The translations under genes and the position numbers were made by a program. The notes below the pieces were generated by a model. It was not told the DNA's origin and did no database searches. It saw only the letters and a list, made by a program, of their open reading frames with translations. Below are positions 33,484-46,530 of a stretch of DNA of 64,000 nt, piece by piece. This stretch comes from the human T2T-CHM13v2.0 reference genome, Homo sapiens: assembly GCF_009914755.1 (NCBI RefSeq), contig NC_060928.1. One strand, written 5' to 3'. Position 1 is the stretch's first letter. Every line of letters starts with the position of its first letter.

Positions 33484-34131
33484 CTTGCAAAAAGGTACAA
33501 AAGCAGTCAATTAGGAACATCTTCAGTTAGTTAGAAAACAGTGCATGAAATAAAGTTTTGTATTATACCATTTCTACCTCAGATTCCAACCGATGAGTGC
33601 TTTAATACAACCACATAATGATGCGTGGTCTCCTCACTGTTAGCTGTGTGTCTCAGAGACTTTTTTAATCGAGCTATATATTTGTTATTATTAATCAAAG
33701 GAATAACGTAAACATATTTTATTGGAATTTAAACAAAAAAACTTTTAGCTTTAAATTTTTTCACAATTACAATTATGCATCATGCCAGGCCAAAACGATT
33801 CTTATTTTAACATCTTACAGGCAAGACTCGACATTCCAAGACTACAGTCTGTGGTTCGCCACTCTTCCGGCTGCTTAATCACTCACACATTGTCCCCCAA
33901 AAAAAAGAAATTGAAGGAGAAACATATGCAATCTAAAACAAGAATGTTTTTGTCCCTGTTCTGATTGCTTTCCCTGCAAATTTCTCGTCTGTTTGCAGAT
34001 GGACTAATCGCTGGTGAGCTAATGTACGAGTATAGGAGGAGACTCTGTCCGTCTGTTTCCTGTGTAAATTCCCTTTTCATTTGTGTATCAGATTGTTTTA
34101 AAATAACTATGCCAAGGTAAATATGTACGCA

Positions 34132-34633
34132 TGTGGTAGGCAGAAGGCTGGCCCTCAAATAGTCCACGTCCTAATCCCAGGAGCCTGTGAATATGTCACT
34201 ATACATGGCAAAAGGGACTTTGTTGACGCGGTTCAGATAAGGAAATTGAGATGAGGGATTTCCCTGGATTACCTGGGTGGGCCCAGTGTAATCATAAGGG
34301 TAACTTTTCTGCACAGAGGCGTTCCCAGTTACGGCTGGGGGGAGCTCTGCTGACAGAAGGGTGGTCAATGAAACACTGTGTTGCTGTCTCTGAGATGGAA
34401 GAAACCAAGAGCCAAAGAATGTGGGCAGCCTCTAAAAACCAGGAAAGGAAGGAAAACAGGTTCTTCCCTCGAGCTGCAGAAGGCAATGCAGCCCTACTGA
34501 TCGCATGACTTAAGCCCTGTGAGACACAGGGGTTGGGCTTCTAAGCTACAGAATGACAGCAACACAAGTCTACATTGTTTTAGGCCACAAAGTTTGTGGT
34601 AATCTGTAATGGCCCTGGAAAACCGGGAATACG
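34132..34633 (+). mobile_element. MLT1D-like solo LTR
   Basis: tgtggtaggcagaa..gtccacgtcctaatccc..catggcaaaagggactttg; 5-bp TSD ACGCA (34127-34131, 34634-34638). Confidence 0.85.
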
Positions 34634-34769
34634 ACGCAGGAACAGACTCTCAGCAGACTTTCAGTTTACAACTGATAATTACATTATGGTAATGAGTAAA
34701 ATAAAAACACTCCTGTATATATGTTTTTTCTCTGCATTGTACTATCTGGAAGCTAGTTTTCATAACTAA

Positions 34770-35091
<322 letters not shown>

Positions 35092-35303
35092 ACCTGGGAC
35101 TATTATTAAGAAGACTGATGTTCCAACAACAAGAACTAGAAAGAAAATGCTGATAAAATTCTGAAATGTATTTATAAAGAGCATTTAGGGGCCAAGATAT
35201 AAATTATTACATAAACTGGAAACAGGAACTTCTTAGAATTAAAATTGATAAAAGACATAATTCTATCTTGTTGGTTTAACAAGCAAAGCTATGTCCATAC
35301 ACC

Positions 35304-35379
35304 CTATTCCTAATCAACACAGGTATATTTTGATACCATATATACGGTATCAAAATATACCTGTGTTGATTAGGAATAG
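35304..35379. repeat. Perfect 34-bp inverted repeat with 8-nt spacer
   Basis: 35304-35337 is the exact reverse complement of 35346-35379. Confidence 0.97.
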
Positions 35380-36026
35380 AGTGTGTATATATATATATAC
35401 TTGAAAGTATATATATATATATATATATATACTTGAAATCAGAAATGATAGCACATACTTATAGCTATCTTTAGTTTGAAAAATGACTGCAATAGATAAT
35501 GACTATATGGATTTATGGACTATATGATGTATTATGGACTATATTACTCTGGATTGAATAATTATTAGTGGGGTTACCTTTTCCCACCAATAAAATATTT
35601 GAAATGTATAACATATTAATATGTTTAATAATAAACGTATTACGTTTATACAATAAAAATTATCATTAAACTTACTAATTCTGAGATTCAAAAATTTCCA
35701 CTAAAAACTACATTGTGTTACTGAATATTGACGTTTTTCTCTACTGGTATGTGTTAATATGGCAAAGCTAGTTATCAATGCAATTTACCCTATAGGGAAA
35801 CCAGATCAACATAACTGGTGGCAAAGATCCCACTGTTAAACTTTCTTCATTAGAAATATAATCAAACTTACTAGCAATCTCTTAAACTGTGCTCTGGCAG
35901 TACGCTCTGATCCAAATGGGAGCTGGGGCCGCAGTGGGGTTGGGGGAGGAGACAAATAAAACCTTGTAATACCCAAGGTGCTACTGAAATCGAACATTTC
36001 AGACTATCACATCTCTTCTTAGAGGG

Positions 36027-36075
36027 GGTGTGTGTGTGTGTGTGTGTGAGAGAGAGTGTGTGTTTGTGTGCGTGC
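36027..36075. repeat. (TG)n(AG)n(TG)n microsatellite
   Basis: direct reading. Confidence 0.9.
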
Positions 36076-36419
36076 TGCGTGGTTAAGAAAGTTGCGAGGA
36101 AGATTTCTGACAAACCCACAAAACTGGGGTGATATTAACTGTTGTGAAAAAAAGCCAATATAAGATTAGTCGATCAGATCCTTCAATGAATATGTTCTTC
36201 TCTATTACTGACAAGTTCAAACACCTATTCATTAAGAACAGTTTGGCTATTTTCCCCAGCAGACATTCATGCAAGTATGTATGGTATTGTTTAAAAGTGG
36301 TCCAAGAAAAATGAAAATATGGTGAGGCTTTAAGGGTAGATAGTGCGTCTACATTGTGAGATAACACAGTAACACAACAAGCAAGCAAAGCGCAGTGTTG
36401 CAGCACACTGCTGCCTCAC

Positions 36420-36557
36420 CATTGTCATCGCACGATTCGGACTGGAAGGAGCTCAGAGACTGCACTTCAGACAGGCTTTCCCGGGCACTGTATGGCTGGG
36501 AAGGCTTTTCCTCTAGAGGCTTCTTGGAAAGACAGGGATCAAGATCCACCACTTTTG
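36420..36557 (-). CDS. FAT1: FAT1 exon 26 (138 nt), cytoplasmic tail
   Basis: ttttag|CA..ATG|gtgagg; KVVDLDPCL...SLSSFQSESCDDN. Confidence 0.96.
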
Positions 36558-37270
36558 CTAAAAGGAAGGATGACAAACAGTAAGTATATGGGCCAAGACG
36601 GTTTTGTTCACCGCTGAATCCTGAGACACACCATGCATTACCCAACGATGGCCTGAGATTTACTCAATAAATGAATGACTGAAAGAAAAACAGAAACACC
36701 TTACAAACTCAAACGAAGAAATAAAAAACCCCTGCACAGAAAGACCTCCACATCATCTTAGAGATTATTCATAGAGTAGAAATCGCCCATAAGCATGCCT
36801 ATGGGTATCATTAGACAGTAAAGGCTGCTAAAATTTTGTTTTAAAATAGTATGTACAGCTTTAAAAGAAAAAAGCATCAAATATATGTTAGGTCACTAAT
36901 ATAAATATTTCCACTTCGCCAGGTCATATTTTTAAAAATCCTAGCATGAAAATGCTCCCGATTATTTTTTTGACATATTAATAAACTCAAAAAATTATAG
37001 ATGAGAACCTTTATCAATTATAAAATGAAATGATCTCTCCAGAATATTAACTAAACATGACTAGATTCAATTTCTTAATTAAAATAACATCAAAGCCACA
37101 ATGCTAACCCAGCAATCGGGACATCCAAAAAAGTTTCAAATCATCATACGGATTTCAGTCTGAGCATACTTGTCTCTAATGAAGAGTACACACATTTTGA
37201 CTGGACAGAATTTGTAACCTCACTGTTTATCTCAAGTGACACTTTAGTGAGATGAAAAAGTGGCTCTTAC

Positions 37271-37902
37271 TGTCATAGTCAAAGTCCCAGCTAGGCTTCT
37301 GGATGGAGTCGCTGTCAGAAGGGGAGTTTGAAGGGGGTGGGGGAGGCAGGTTTGGCGCCACGCTGCAGACCGCCACTGCTTTTCGGTGCCCGTGCACAGA
37401 CTCGGGGTTAAAAGTGCTGAATTCGGGATGCTCTGGGATAGCAGATCCTTCGAAGGAATTTCGGTCCAGATTGTTTCTTGAGTCACTTGGAATACTCGGG
37501 GTGTAGGAAATAGGCCGGACAGGCACCTGGGGTGGTATGTCTGAGTAAATGTTCTTATTTAGCTTGGAATCAAAATACGGTCTTTGCAAGAAAGCCGTAG
37601 CGGGTCCCAGGTGCTTGTCTTTAGGTTCAGCCTGATGCTTCTTTTTCCGACTAATCATCTTACGGCAGAGAACAAACACCACCACCAGTAAAAATATCCC
37701 TGCAACAAACACAACGATTCCAATTCCTTCCGCCAACCCAATGTTCCACGGCGTGGACACATACTGGTTGGGCGCAGCATCCTCGCAGTGACGTCCCCTG
37801 TACTCGTGGCTGCAGTTGCAGTGATAGGAGCCGTGCGTGTTCTCACAGAGGGCCCCGTGCAGGCAAGGGTTTCCAGAGCACTCGTCGATATCACTCTGAC
37901 AC
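37271..37902 (-). CDS. FAT1: FAT1 exon 25 (632 nt): Ca-binding EGF, transmembrane helix, proximal cytoplasmic tail
   Basis: tggcag|G..ACA|gtaaga; DIDEC EGF, TM GIGIVVFVAGIFLLVVVFVLC, basic RKMISRKKKH, LPPPPP. Confidence 0.97.
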
Positions 37903-38411
37903 CTGCCAAGGAAGTCAGGAATGAGGAGAGACCTCTGTAGCATACGCCAGCGTATGTCAGGCTCAATCCTTAGAGACTGAAGACTAATCCCTCCTTGATG
38001 AGCTATGTGAAGATCAAACCCAGATAAAAGACAACTAAAAAATGTAACGTCGACAACCACGAGAAAAGACCTTCTGTGGAGAAACCAATCATGTGATCGC
38101 AGCTTTTGATGTATATTTGGGAAGGAAACATATCAAGCCAATATTAATGGCCATTTTCCTAGGATCAACAGACTATTACATCAACCCCATTGGCTAAACA
38201 TTAGTTTTTTTCAAGTATTATATATACTGTATTCATCTGCTTGATAATTCATTTTAAAGAGTGAAAAGATTATAAATTATATAAGGGGCCAATATGAGGA
38301 TTATCAAAATCTGACATAATGTAGTTCAAATCACTGAAGGTCTGTTGCATCTGCCAGTCAATATGACGCTATGAAAAGGTATGAACCTAAATTTTGAAAG
38401 AAACCATTTAC

Positions 38412-38522
38412 CTTTCTCCCCTAAAACCCGAATCACACTGACAAACGGCGCCATCCAAACTGTCAAAGCATGTTCCGCCATTCTTACAGGGTTCATCTTT
38501 GCAGTATGGACTAAGCTGACAC
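38412..38522 (-). CDS. FAT1: FAT1 exon 24 (111 nt), EGF
   Basis: cttcag|G..AAG|gtaaat; manual translation CQLSPYCKDEPCKNGGTCFDSLDGAVCQCDSGFRGER. Confidence 0.95.
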
Positions 38523-38701
38523 CTGAAGAGTAAGGAGAAACAGACATAAACCTCATGATCCTATTGCAAATAAATACAGCAAAACAGAAAGCAAAACAGA
38601 ACACATTAGCAAATTAACGTGCAGACTTTTTACATGTACCATTATATGTTTAAGAATTTTATACTACAATTGATTATGAAAGTTAAGAAAAATACACATA
38701 C

Positions 38702-38855
38702 CTCTGACCAGTATATAATCCTCTACACTGGCAAACAAAGCCTCCGTTGTCGACAACACACGTGCCCCCATAGAGGCATGGGTTGGAGGAACACGGATTG
38801 ACGCTTATCTCACAGTGGGTCCCTATGTACAAGGCACTGCATTTGCAGTAATAAC
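38702..38855 (-). CDS. FAT1: FAT1 exon 23 (154 nt), EGF
   Basis: atttag|GT..GAG|gtatgt; YYCKCSALYIGTHCE...CQCRGLYTGQR. Confidence 0.95.
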
Positions 38856-39264
38856 CTAAATCGGCAAAAAGGAACAAAAAAGTCCTATCACTCAATGACT
38901 CAGAAACCTGGTCTTAATTATATTGCTTTTTATCTTTATTCTCCGAGGTCTGTAAAAGCTCGTAAAATTCTCACTCTCTCTGGGAAAAAAGTTGGCTACA
39001 TCAACAAGCCTTCCACTGCTGGTATAACCAAAACACCCAGAATTGAAGAGAGAACTCAGTTAGCTTTAGTTCATCATAATCTGCATTAAGATCACTAGGT
39101 CACACATATAGAGGAGGAAAATACAGTTCTTTACCTGAGTGACCATGTACGTAGACAGCACCACTTAACATCTCAATTTATTTGCAATTCACAAGCATTT
39201 AAGGATTAAATGAGAAAATAATGAATGTGAAAAGCACTTTGAAGACTATAAATTACCTTTCAAT

Positions 39265-39515
39265 ATTTTTATTTTTTGAGACAGGGTCTCGCTCTGCCAC
39301 CCAGGCTGGAGTGCAGTGGCGCAATCTCAGCTCATTGCATCCTCAAACTCCCGGGCTCAGGGATCCTCCCACCTCAGCCTCCTGAGTAGCTGGAACTAGA
39401 GGCATGCCACATGCCTGGCTGATTTTTTAAGTTTTTGTAGAGATGGGGTTTCCCTGTAACGCCCAGGCTGCCTCACTTCTAGCCTCAAGTGATCCTCCTG
39501 CCTCAGCCTCTCAAA
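39265..39515 (-). mobile_element. Alu (AluJ-like, 5' truncated)
   Basis: Alu consensus. Confidence 0.88.
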
Positions 39516-39724
39516 CATGTAAAGATTTAAGAAAGGAGATCATCACATCTGTTCAAAGCAGTACGAAGAATGTCGACTCCACTTTGTCAAGTGACAGGTG
39601 GTGTGGCAGATCTTCTAACTGCCTGCCTTGAGGGCACACCGCAGCACAGTGCTTCCCCGCCCCTCCAAAGCTGGCGTGGCTGTGGGTTTTTCTCAGGATG
39701 AAGAACTGTGGTGCCCTGGGCCAG

Positions 39725-39900
39725 GGCCTTTAGGAGCCAGGGCACAGCTGCCATACTCCTTTACTCCTGCTTCGGGACCATGGGAGTGCATGTCAGGAAA
39801 GCACCTCTCTCAGCCTCATCCCTAAGTGACAAAATGAGGACGGCCTCCTTGCTAACCTGGTTTGGACGTGTAACTAATATGAGCACAGTATAAATGAGAG
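39725..39900 (+). mobile_element. MIR
   Basis: acctctctcagcctcat..aaaatgagga core. Confidence 0.55.
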
Positions 39901-40627
39901 TGTTTCTGTGGGGATGGCCTGGCCCACTCTACGCACACAGAATGCAAATATACCTCCCTGAGAGAACAGCAGAAAACCAAAGCTTTGGAAATCCCACTTA
40001 ATGACAGTATTATTTTTGCTCTGTTCATTATACCAAGCTCTATTTGGTATGACAACTGTCATTTTCCTAACTGTACCCTATTATTGGTAAGTGGGCCTAA
40101 CAGGAGTCCAGGGTGCAAAAGACACAAAGTACCCCACTACGCCAGGGCTTCAAGACAGACAGATATGGCAACACTTCAGGAGGGATTCAGGGCCTTCTGG
40201 AAAATCATATTCCCAACTATTATTGCCAGCAAGAATCTAGCAGGCCCCCTACGCTGAGCCATTAGATAAAAGGTGATACAAATAACAAAGAAGGGCTAAG
40301 CGGTACGAATTCTAAATTCCCCTGGGCCGATGACTATGGAGTTAAAGAAGAGTTCTGAGTCACTTGAGGTGCCTCCTGCTCGGGCACTGGGAGGGCACTG
40401 CAGGCGCTCAGCAGTGGGAGCCGTGGTACCTGCAGCCTGGGCACCAGAAGGGCAGCAGACCCAGCTCTGCCCCCGTATGAGGGATGCTGCTCGCTTCCAA
40501 CACTGACTGCAGTGTCTGACAAAATTATCTGAATCAAAAGAGAAAAAAATAAAAAAATACCTGGGGAGCTTCCCCTTAAATGTACACACGTGCAGCATTT
40601 TAAAGATGGCAACATTACGGAGCCCAC

Positions 40628-41090
40628 CTCCAGCAGGTGACGGATTGCAAACGCCTCCATTCTGGCAAGGGTTGCTGGCGCAGTCTTCCGTGGCCGTCAG
40701 GAAGCAGCCTGGAGATACATCCACCGACTCTTCGATGTGTGCATAGCTTCTGGGTTTGCTGTTTAAAGGGAGCTCCTGCCCATTCAAATAAATGGAGTCC
40801 ATACAACCCCTGAAACCATTACCAACTTGAGGACTTCTTCCATGCCTTGTTCCCTGCTGACGGATGTGGCCACCAAAAAACACATAGTTATCCAGGTTCA
40901 GGGTTTTCAGAGTCCCTGGGGCTGTGCCCGATGCAGTATGAACTTGGTCTAGAACCAAGCGAGCATAGTTTCCATTCACTTCCAGGGCCACTGCGTGCCA
41001 CTGCCCATCATTGACCTGAATGCTCTGAACAGAGACAATTCCAGGGCCACTTCCACAGTCAAACTTGTACTGCAGCCTTCCATGATGAAT
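40628..41090 (-). CDS. FAT1: FAT1 exon 22 (463 nt), laminin-G plus EGF
   Basis: tcctag|ATT..GAG|gtgggc; IHHGRLQYKFDCGSG...NDGQWH...GFRGCMD...CASNPCQNGGVC. Confidence 0.96.
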
Positions 41091-41444
41091 CTAGGATAAA
41101 AGCAATGACTGTTCACATTACTCTCATAGAACCTTCAATGAGAGCACCTGATCACAAATCTACAGGAGAGGGCTTAGGGAGTGAGGGTAGAAGTTAGGCC
41201 TTACATTTAAGTACTACAGAGCACAGATTCATTTGTCCACTGTATAAATCATTAAAATGCGTCTTTTAGGAATATCAAGTTAAAATGCACATCCACAAAG
41301 CATCATGGAAGCGAATAATTAACTATTAACTGAACACATAAGCATTAGGTAATATCAAAAGTCAAAACTGAATAATGTTTTTAAAAAAGGTGGGCAAGAT
41401 ACATAACACTTGAAACACATGTAGGATGTCTCTATAAACTGTAA

Positions 41445-41742
<298 letters not shown>

Positions 41743-41998
41743 ACATTATTAAAATGGGGCATCACCTAGAGTTTGAATGTTAACTGTCACATGGACCTAA
41801 ATCTCTGTCATGGCAGGGCAAAAAGAGCTCTTCATCCCACAAAGTCTAAAACTTGTACAGGCATCAATGAATTATTTAAATGTGGAATTCAACCATTTCA
41901 CTTACTTTATTATCTGTGCAAATTAACAATCTGAATATAAAATGAAATTTATGGTTTGAAAGTCTTCCACTAAGATGCAACGCTGTGGAGAAACATAC

Positions 41999-42156
41999 CT
42001 CCAAGATGCTATAGTCAGTTCCTCGAGCATACATGACAACCGCATGCGTGGAATATGTTCTGAGCCTCATGGTCAGTTTCATCTCTAATTTGTTTTCATT
42101 TTCCGTCAGACGGTATTTCACGTAGCTGTTTCCAGTCAGTGTCATAGATGAACTCC
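41999..42156 (-). CDS. FAT1: FAT1 exon 21 (158 nt), start of laminin-G domain
   Basis: tcacag|GG..GAG|gtatgt; SSSMTLTGNSYVKY...DYSILE. Confidence 0.95.
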
Positions 42157-42399
42157 CTGTGAATCACACAGAGGAAAAAATAAACCAGAACCAAGTTTAA
42201 GCATATTTTTTAAAGTATGACTCCCCTGCACCCCTTGAGACTGATTTAGGGTTTTATTTAAGATGATAACATTTTACTATCCAATTCTGTGGGAAAACGT
42301 CTATTTGCTTAATGAAAAGCCCAGCATGACTGGCTCTCTGTTTGGAAAGAATAAATTTGACGACTGCATCACAGAGAAATGAATTCTAAAGTAATGAAA

Positions 42400-43450
42400 G
42401 ATTAAATATAAAAATGTTCAGTATAAAATTATTAGAAGAAAATTTCAGAAAATAGTTATACATAGCCTCAAGGTGATTTAAGAAACCTTCTCAAGCAAAA
42501 TAAAACAATCCCCATTCCCCAAAGAAGATGCAAATGTCATCAATCTCCACAGATGGCAACTGTTACATAAAATTATGTAGAACTGACTAAATAACAATTG
42601 AATTTCAAAATGACAAGAGGCATACTTAACAAATCAAAAGATAACATCAATATAAATGATATAAAGACAGAGGTAACTGCAACACTGTGAATGTTAATAC
42701 TCCTAATACACAAGTAACTCTACACATTGATACTAAGAAACAAATAACCCAGACCATCAAACAACATGAACAGGTAGAGGCCACAGCAGAGGCAATACTG
42801 ATAGGAAATGAACAAATGAGATGAAAACTTTTAAAGTAGCCAGAGAAATGCAAATTAAAATAATAATTAGATATCACTTCACACCCATAAAATAGATGGT
42901 GGGGAATTTGTTTTATAATCGAAAATGTTCAATGATGTCAAAAGAATGGAGAGTGAAACCTTCATACATAACTGGGAGAAATAAAAATTAATACGACTTT
43001 TTGGAAAACTAATATAGTGATACAAAAAAATTTAAAATGTCATTGATGTTTGAGATAGCAAATTCTAGTTTTATAATCTATACACCGTATAGAAATGAAC
43101 GCATCAGTATGTAAAGATACATGTATAAAGATTTCTTTATCTGAAAGAAAGAGAACAACTCGAATCTTTACACATAAGAACAATGTTGAATAAGTACAGC
43201 CATGCTAGAAAATATTATCCAGCTATCAAAAAGAATCAGGTTTAAAGGTACTGGCTCGGAACCATACGAAAGGTGCTCTTTACCATACTGCTAAGTGGAG
43301 GGAAAAGGCAACAGGGAGAGAACTGTGTGAGATATGATCACTCTTGAATTTCCAGGAAAATTAAACTGCTACATAATGGCACTGCGTTGTTAGCTGTATG
43401 TCTATATAATCATTGAAGACACAGGAGGAGGGACACCAACTATGAACCAA
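42400..43450 (+). mobile_element. Ancient L1 (L1ME-like) 3' fragment
   Basis: cagagaaatgcaaattaaaa..gatatcacttcacaccca; tgtaaagatacatgtataaga. Confidence 0.65.
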
Positions 43451-43632
43451 GGGGTGTGCTGTAACAAGAGGAAGCAAAACTTACTACTGTCATTCTTTAT
43501 TCATCTCCACATCTGTCTTCTTACAATAAACATACTTTGCAATATTTTTAGACTCCAATAAAGAAGAAAATGGTAAGAAACAATGAAACCGATTTTTAAA
43601 AATAAAAGTATACCCAACCATTCAACTCTCAC

Positions 43633-43764
43633 CTGGGCACTGACCAAACCTGCCGCTGGGACAGACACAGGTGTGTTTCTCCTCCCAGGGATCAGACACA
43701 CATTCGGATCCCTCAGGGCACGGATCATCTTCACAGCCATGGTGGACAGGTGGGCACCTTCCCT
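43633..43764 (-). CDS. FAT1: FAT1 exon 20 (132 nt), EGF-like domain
   Basis: atgaag|AG..CAG|gtgaga; manual translation GRCPPVHHGCEDDPCPEGSECVSDPWEEKHTCVCPSGRFGQCP. Confidence 0.94.
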
Positions 43765-43905
43765 CTTCATTCAAAGAGGGGAGAAAGGGAAAAGATAATT
43801 AACAGACATTTCAAGAACATCACCTTTCATGTATAGCCATCAAAGGCTTCAAAGGCCGTCTGAAACCATCTGTGACACCGACTTTCATACACTCATGTGC
43901 AGTAC

Positions 43906-44707
43906 CTTTGCAGAGACACACCGCTGCCCTGTGGTGGCGGGGAGTCACAAAACTCAGTCTGGCTGTGCTGTGTGTTGACATCACACTTTCATCCACAGAC
44001 ACCTTTTCATCGCAGAACTTCCAGGGGCAGTCCAGTCCCGCGCAGAGTTTCTGGAATACATTCAGTATCCTAACTCCAATGATTTCCTCAATGTCAGTCA
44101 CGGAAGAGTTAATCTTGTGCAGAAGTTGTTTTGTTGAGATCTGAGCACTACCTGGTTTCTCTACAAAAAGTAAGACGTCCAGATGTGGGTGAGGTTCAGA
44201 GGACTGCAAACTAACAATCTGTATGTCGTTCCTCCTCACACCCAGGATGTTCCGTAAAGCTCGCTGGAAGTTGCGCCAGTAGTCACCAACGAATTCTTCC
44301 GGAGTGAGGTTGGCAAAGCGGATCGCGATGGTGTGGTTCAACATCTCCTGTGTGACTTGTCTGATATGCACTGTGATGTCGGCCACCGTCGTGAACTTCC
44401 CATCTGTTACGCTGACATTGAGAAGGTATTGCCCTATGTCTAGCTTTTTGTGTGCTATCAGCTTGCCCCCTGTGCTGGAAACAGAGAACAGGTTGTCCAT
44501 CTGAGGGTCGAGACTGTAGGTTAGAGTATCATACACGTCCTGGTCTGTGGCATGGATCTTCCCAATGACGCCACCTGAGTATTCTTCTCCAGAAGAGGTG
44601 ATGAAAATCTCCAGGGGCAAAATCGCAGGCGGATAGATGCTCTCCTCAATTACCCTAATGTCAATGTATGTCAAAGATGACAACTGAGGCTTTCCATTAT
44701 CTGCCAC
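43906..44707 (-). CDS. FAT1: FAT1 exon 19 (802 nt), last cadherin repeats and pre-EGF region
   Basis: ttgtag|GTG..AAG|gtactg; VADNGKPQLSS...AAVCLCK. Confidence 0.96.
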
Positions 44708-45106
44708 CTACAAGAAAAGAAAAATAAAATCACCTTTGTCTATGGCACTGTTTATAACTTCTTCAATAAAAACATTTGTATTACTCAAGTTCCCAAAAAA
44801 TTACTAACTGGTAGATACTCATTTCTCCACACAAGAAACGTATCAAAGAAAAGGACAAATTTCTTTATAGCACTTCACTAATTCACACTGAAACCCAGCT
44901 CTGTCAATGACTATGACAGAATCAACAATGAGCTCCTTCAAACACAGCGGGATAAAAATGGAAGGTATGGCAAAAAACAAAGACAGCAATTCTATGAAAG
45001 TTTGTTTTTGTATGAAATGTAAGCTGTTCAAATAGAAGAGGGGAACCACGCCAAGCAGCTCTTCTCTATGAATCCACAACCAAACCACAAAGAAAGCCAT
45101 TCATAC

Positions 45107-45304
45107 CTTCACCTGCAGTAAGTAATGATCTTTCTCCTTCCTCTTGATGGCAGATGATGTCAGGAGGACTCCTTGCGGGTTAACTTCAAAAGCCTTCTCA
45201 TCATTTCCAGTTACAATAGTAAAGAAGAAGGGTGGACCGTTATGGGAAGAATCCTCATCTGTTACTACCAGCTGCAGCACGCTGAAGCCCACTGGCTTAT
45301 TTTC
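45107..45304 (-). CDS. FAT1: FAT1 exon 18 (198 nt)
   Basis: gtgcag|GAA..AAG|gtatga; ENKPVGFSVLQL...YLLQVK. Confidence 0.95.
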
Positions 45305-45424
45305 CTGCACAAGATTAGAAACAAAATTAAACAAAAATCCTGGAACACAGCCAAATCTATATGGGACAGACACATGAGTTTTCTATAATATAAAATACAT
45401 ACAAAACAAAGCCTTTCTGCTCTA

Positions 45425-46530
45425 TCTGAAAGGAAGAGAAGAAAGGTGGAGACGGGAGTGTGGTGGTGAGGAGGAGGGAAAGGAGAAGGGGTGTAGCGAA
45501 AAGGGAAGAAAAAGGAGGATGATGAAGGAAACATGGTAAGAAAGGGAGTGTGAGGAGGAAGAGGGAGGAGGGGAAGCAGACACGAGGAGGAGTGGGGGAC
45601 AGGAGGAAGAGCAGAGAGGAGGAGGAGTGTAGGAGAAGAAGAGGACTGGAGGAGAAAAGGAAGAGACGAGGCCAGGCGCGGTGGCTCACGCCTGTCATCC
45701 CAGCACTTTGGGAGGCTGAGGCGGGCGGATCACCTGAGGTCAGGAGTTCGAGACCAGCCTGGCCAACGTGGTGAAACCCCGTCTCTACTAAAAATACAAA
45801 AATTAGCCGGGCGTGGTGGTGGGTGCCTGTAATCTCAGCACTTGGGGCTGAGGCAGGAGAACTGTTTGAAGCCAGGAGGTGGAGGGTGCAGTGAGCTGAG
45901 ATCGTGCCATTGCACTCTAGCCTGGGCAATGAGTGTAACTCCATCTCAGAAAAAAAAAAAAAAAAAAAGAGGAAGAGAGGAAGGAAGAGGAGGAGTGGGG
46001 AGGAGAAAGAGAAGAGGTTGACAAGAGGAGGAAAAGTGAGAAGGGGGAGGAGGAGGGGTAGTGAGGAGGAGGGGTGATGAGGAGGAGTGGCGACGAGGTG
46101 GAGGGAGGAGGAGAAAGAGTGGAGACAGTGAAATGGGGAGGAAGTGGAGTAGGGAGGAGGTTGGGGGAGGAGGTGGAGTGGGGAAGAGGCAGAGTGGGGA
46201 GGAGGAAGAGGAGGAGTGGAGAAGAGGTGGAGGGAAGAGGAGGAGTGGGGAGGGGAGTGGGGAGGAGGAAGAGAAGGAGGAGGAATGGAGAAGAGGTGGA
46301 GGGAGGGGGGAGGAATGGGAGGGAGGAGTGGGGAGGAGGGAAGAGTGGGGAGGAGGAAGAGAAGGAGGAGGAATGGAATGGAGAAGAGGTGGAGGGAGGA
46401 GGAGTAGGGAGGAAGAAGAGTGGGGTGAAGAAAGTGGAGTAGAAGATGGAGCGAGAAGGAAGGATTGGGGGCTAGAAGAAGAGCAAGAGGGAAGAGGAAG
46501 GTCAAGGGGGGAGGAGAGGGCAGAGGAAAA
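45425..46530. repeat. ~1.1 kb GA-rich low-complexity tract
   Basis: reiterated GGAGGAAGAG/GGAGTGGGG units, almost pure purine on plus strand. Confidence 0.95.
45669..45968 (+). mobile_element. Alu (AluSx-like) inside the GA-rich tract
   Basis: full dimer with A tail. Confidence 0.93.
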
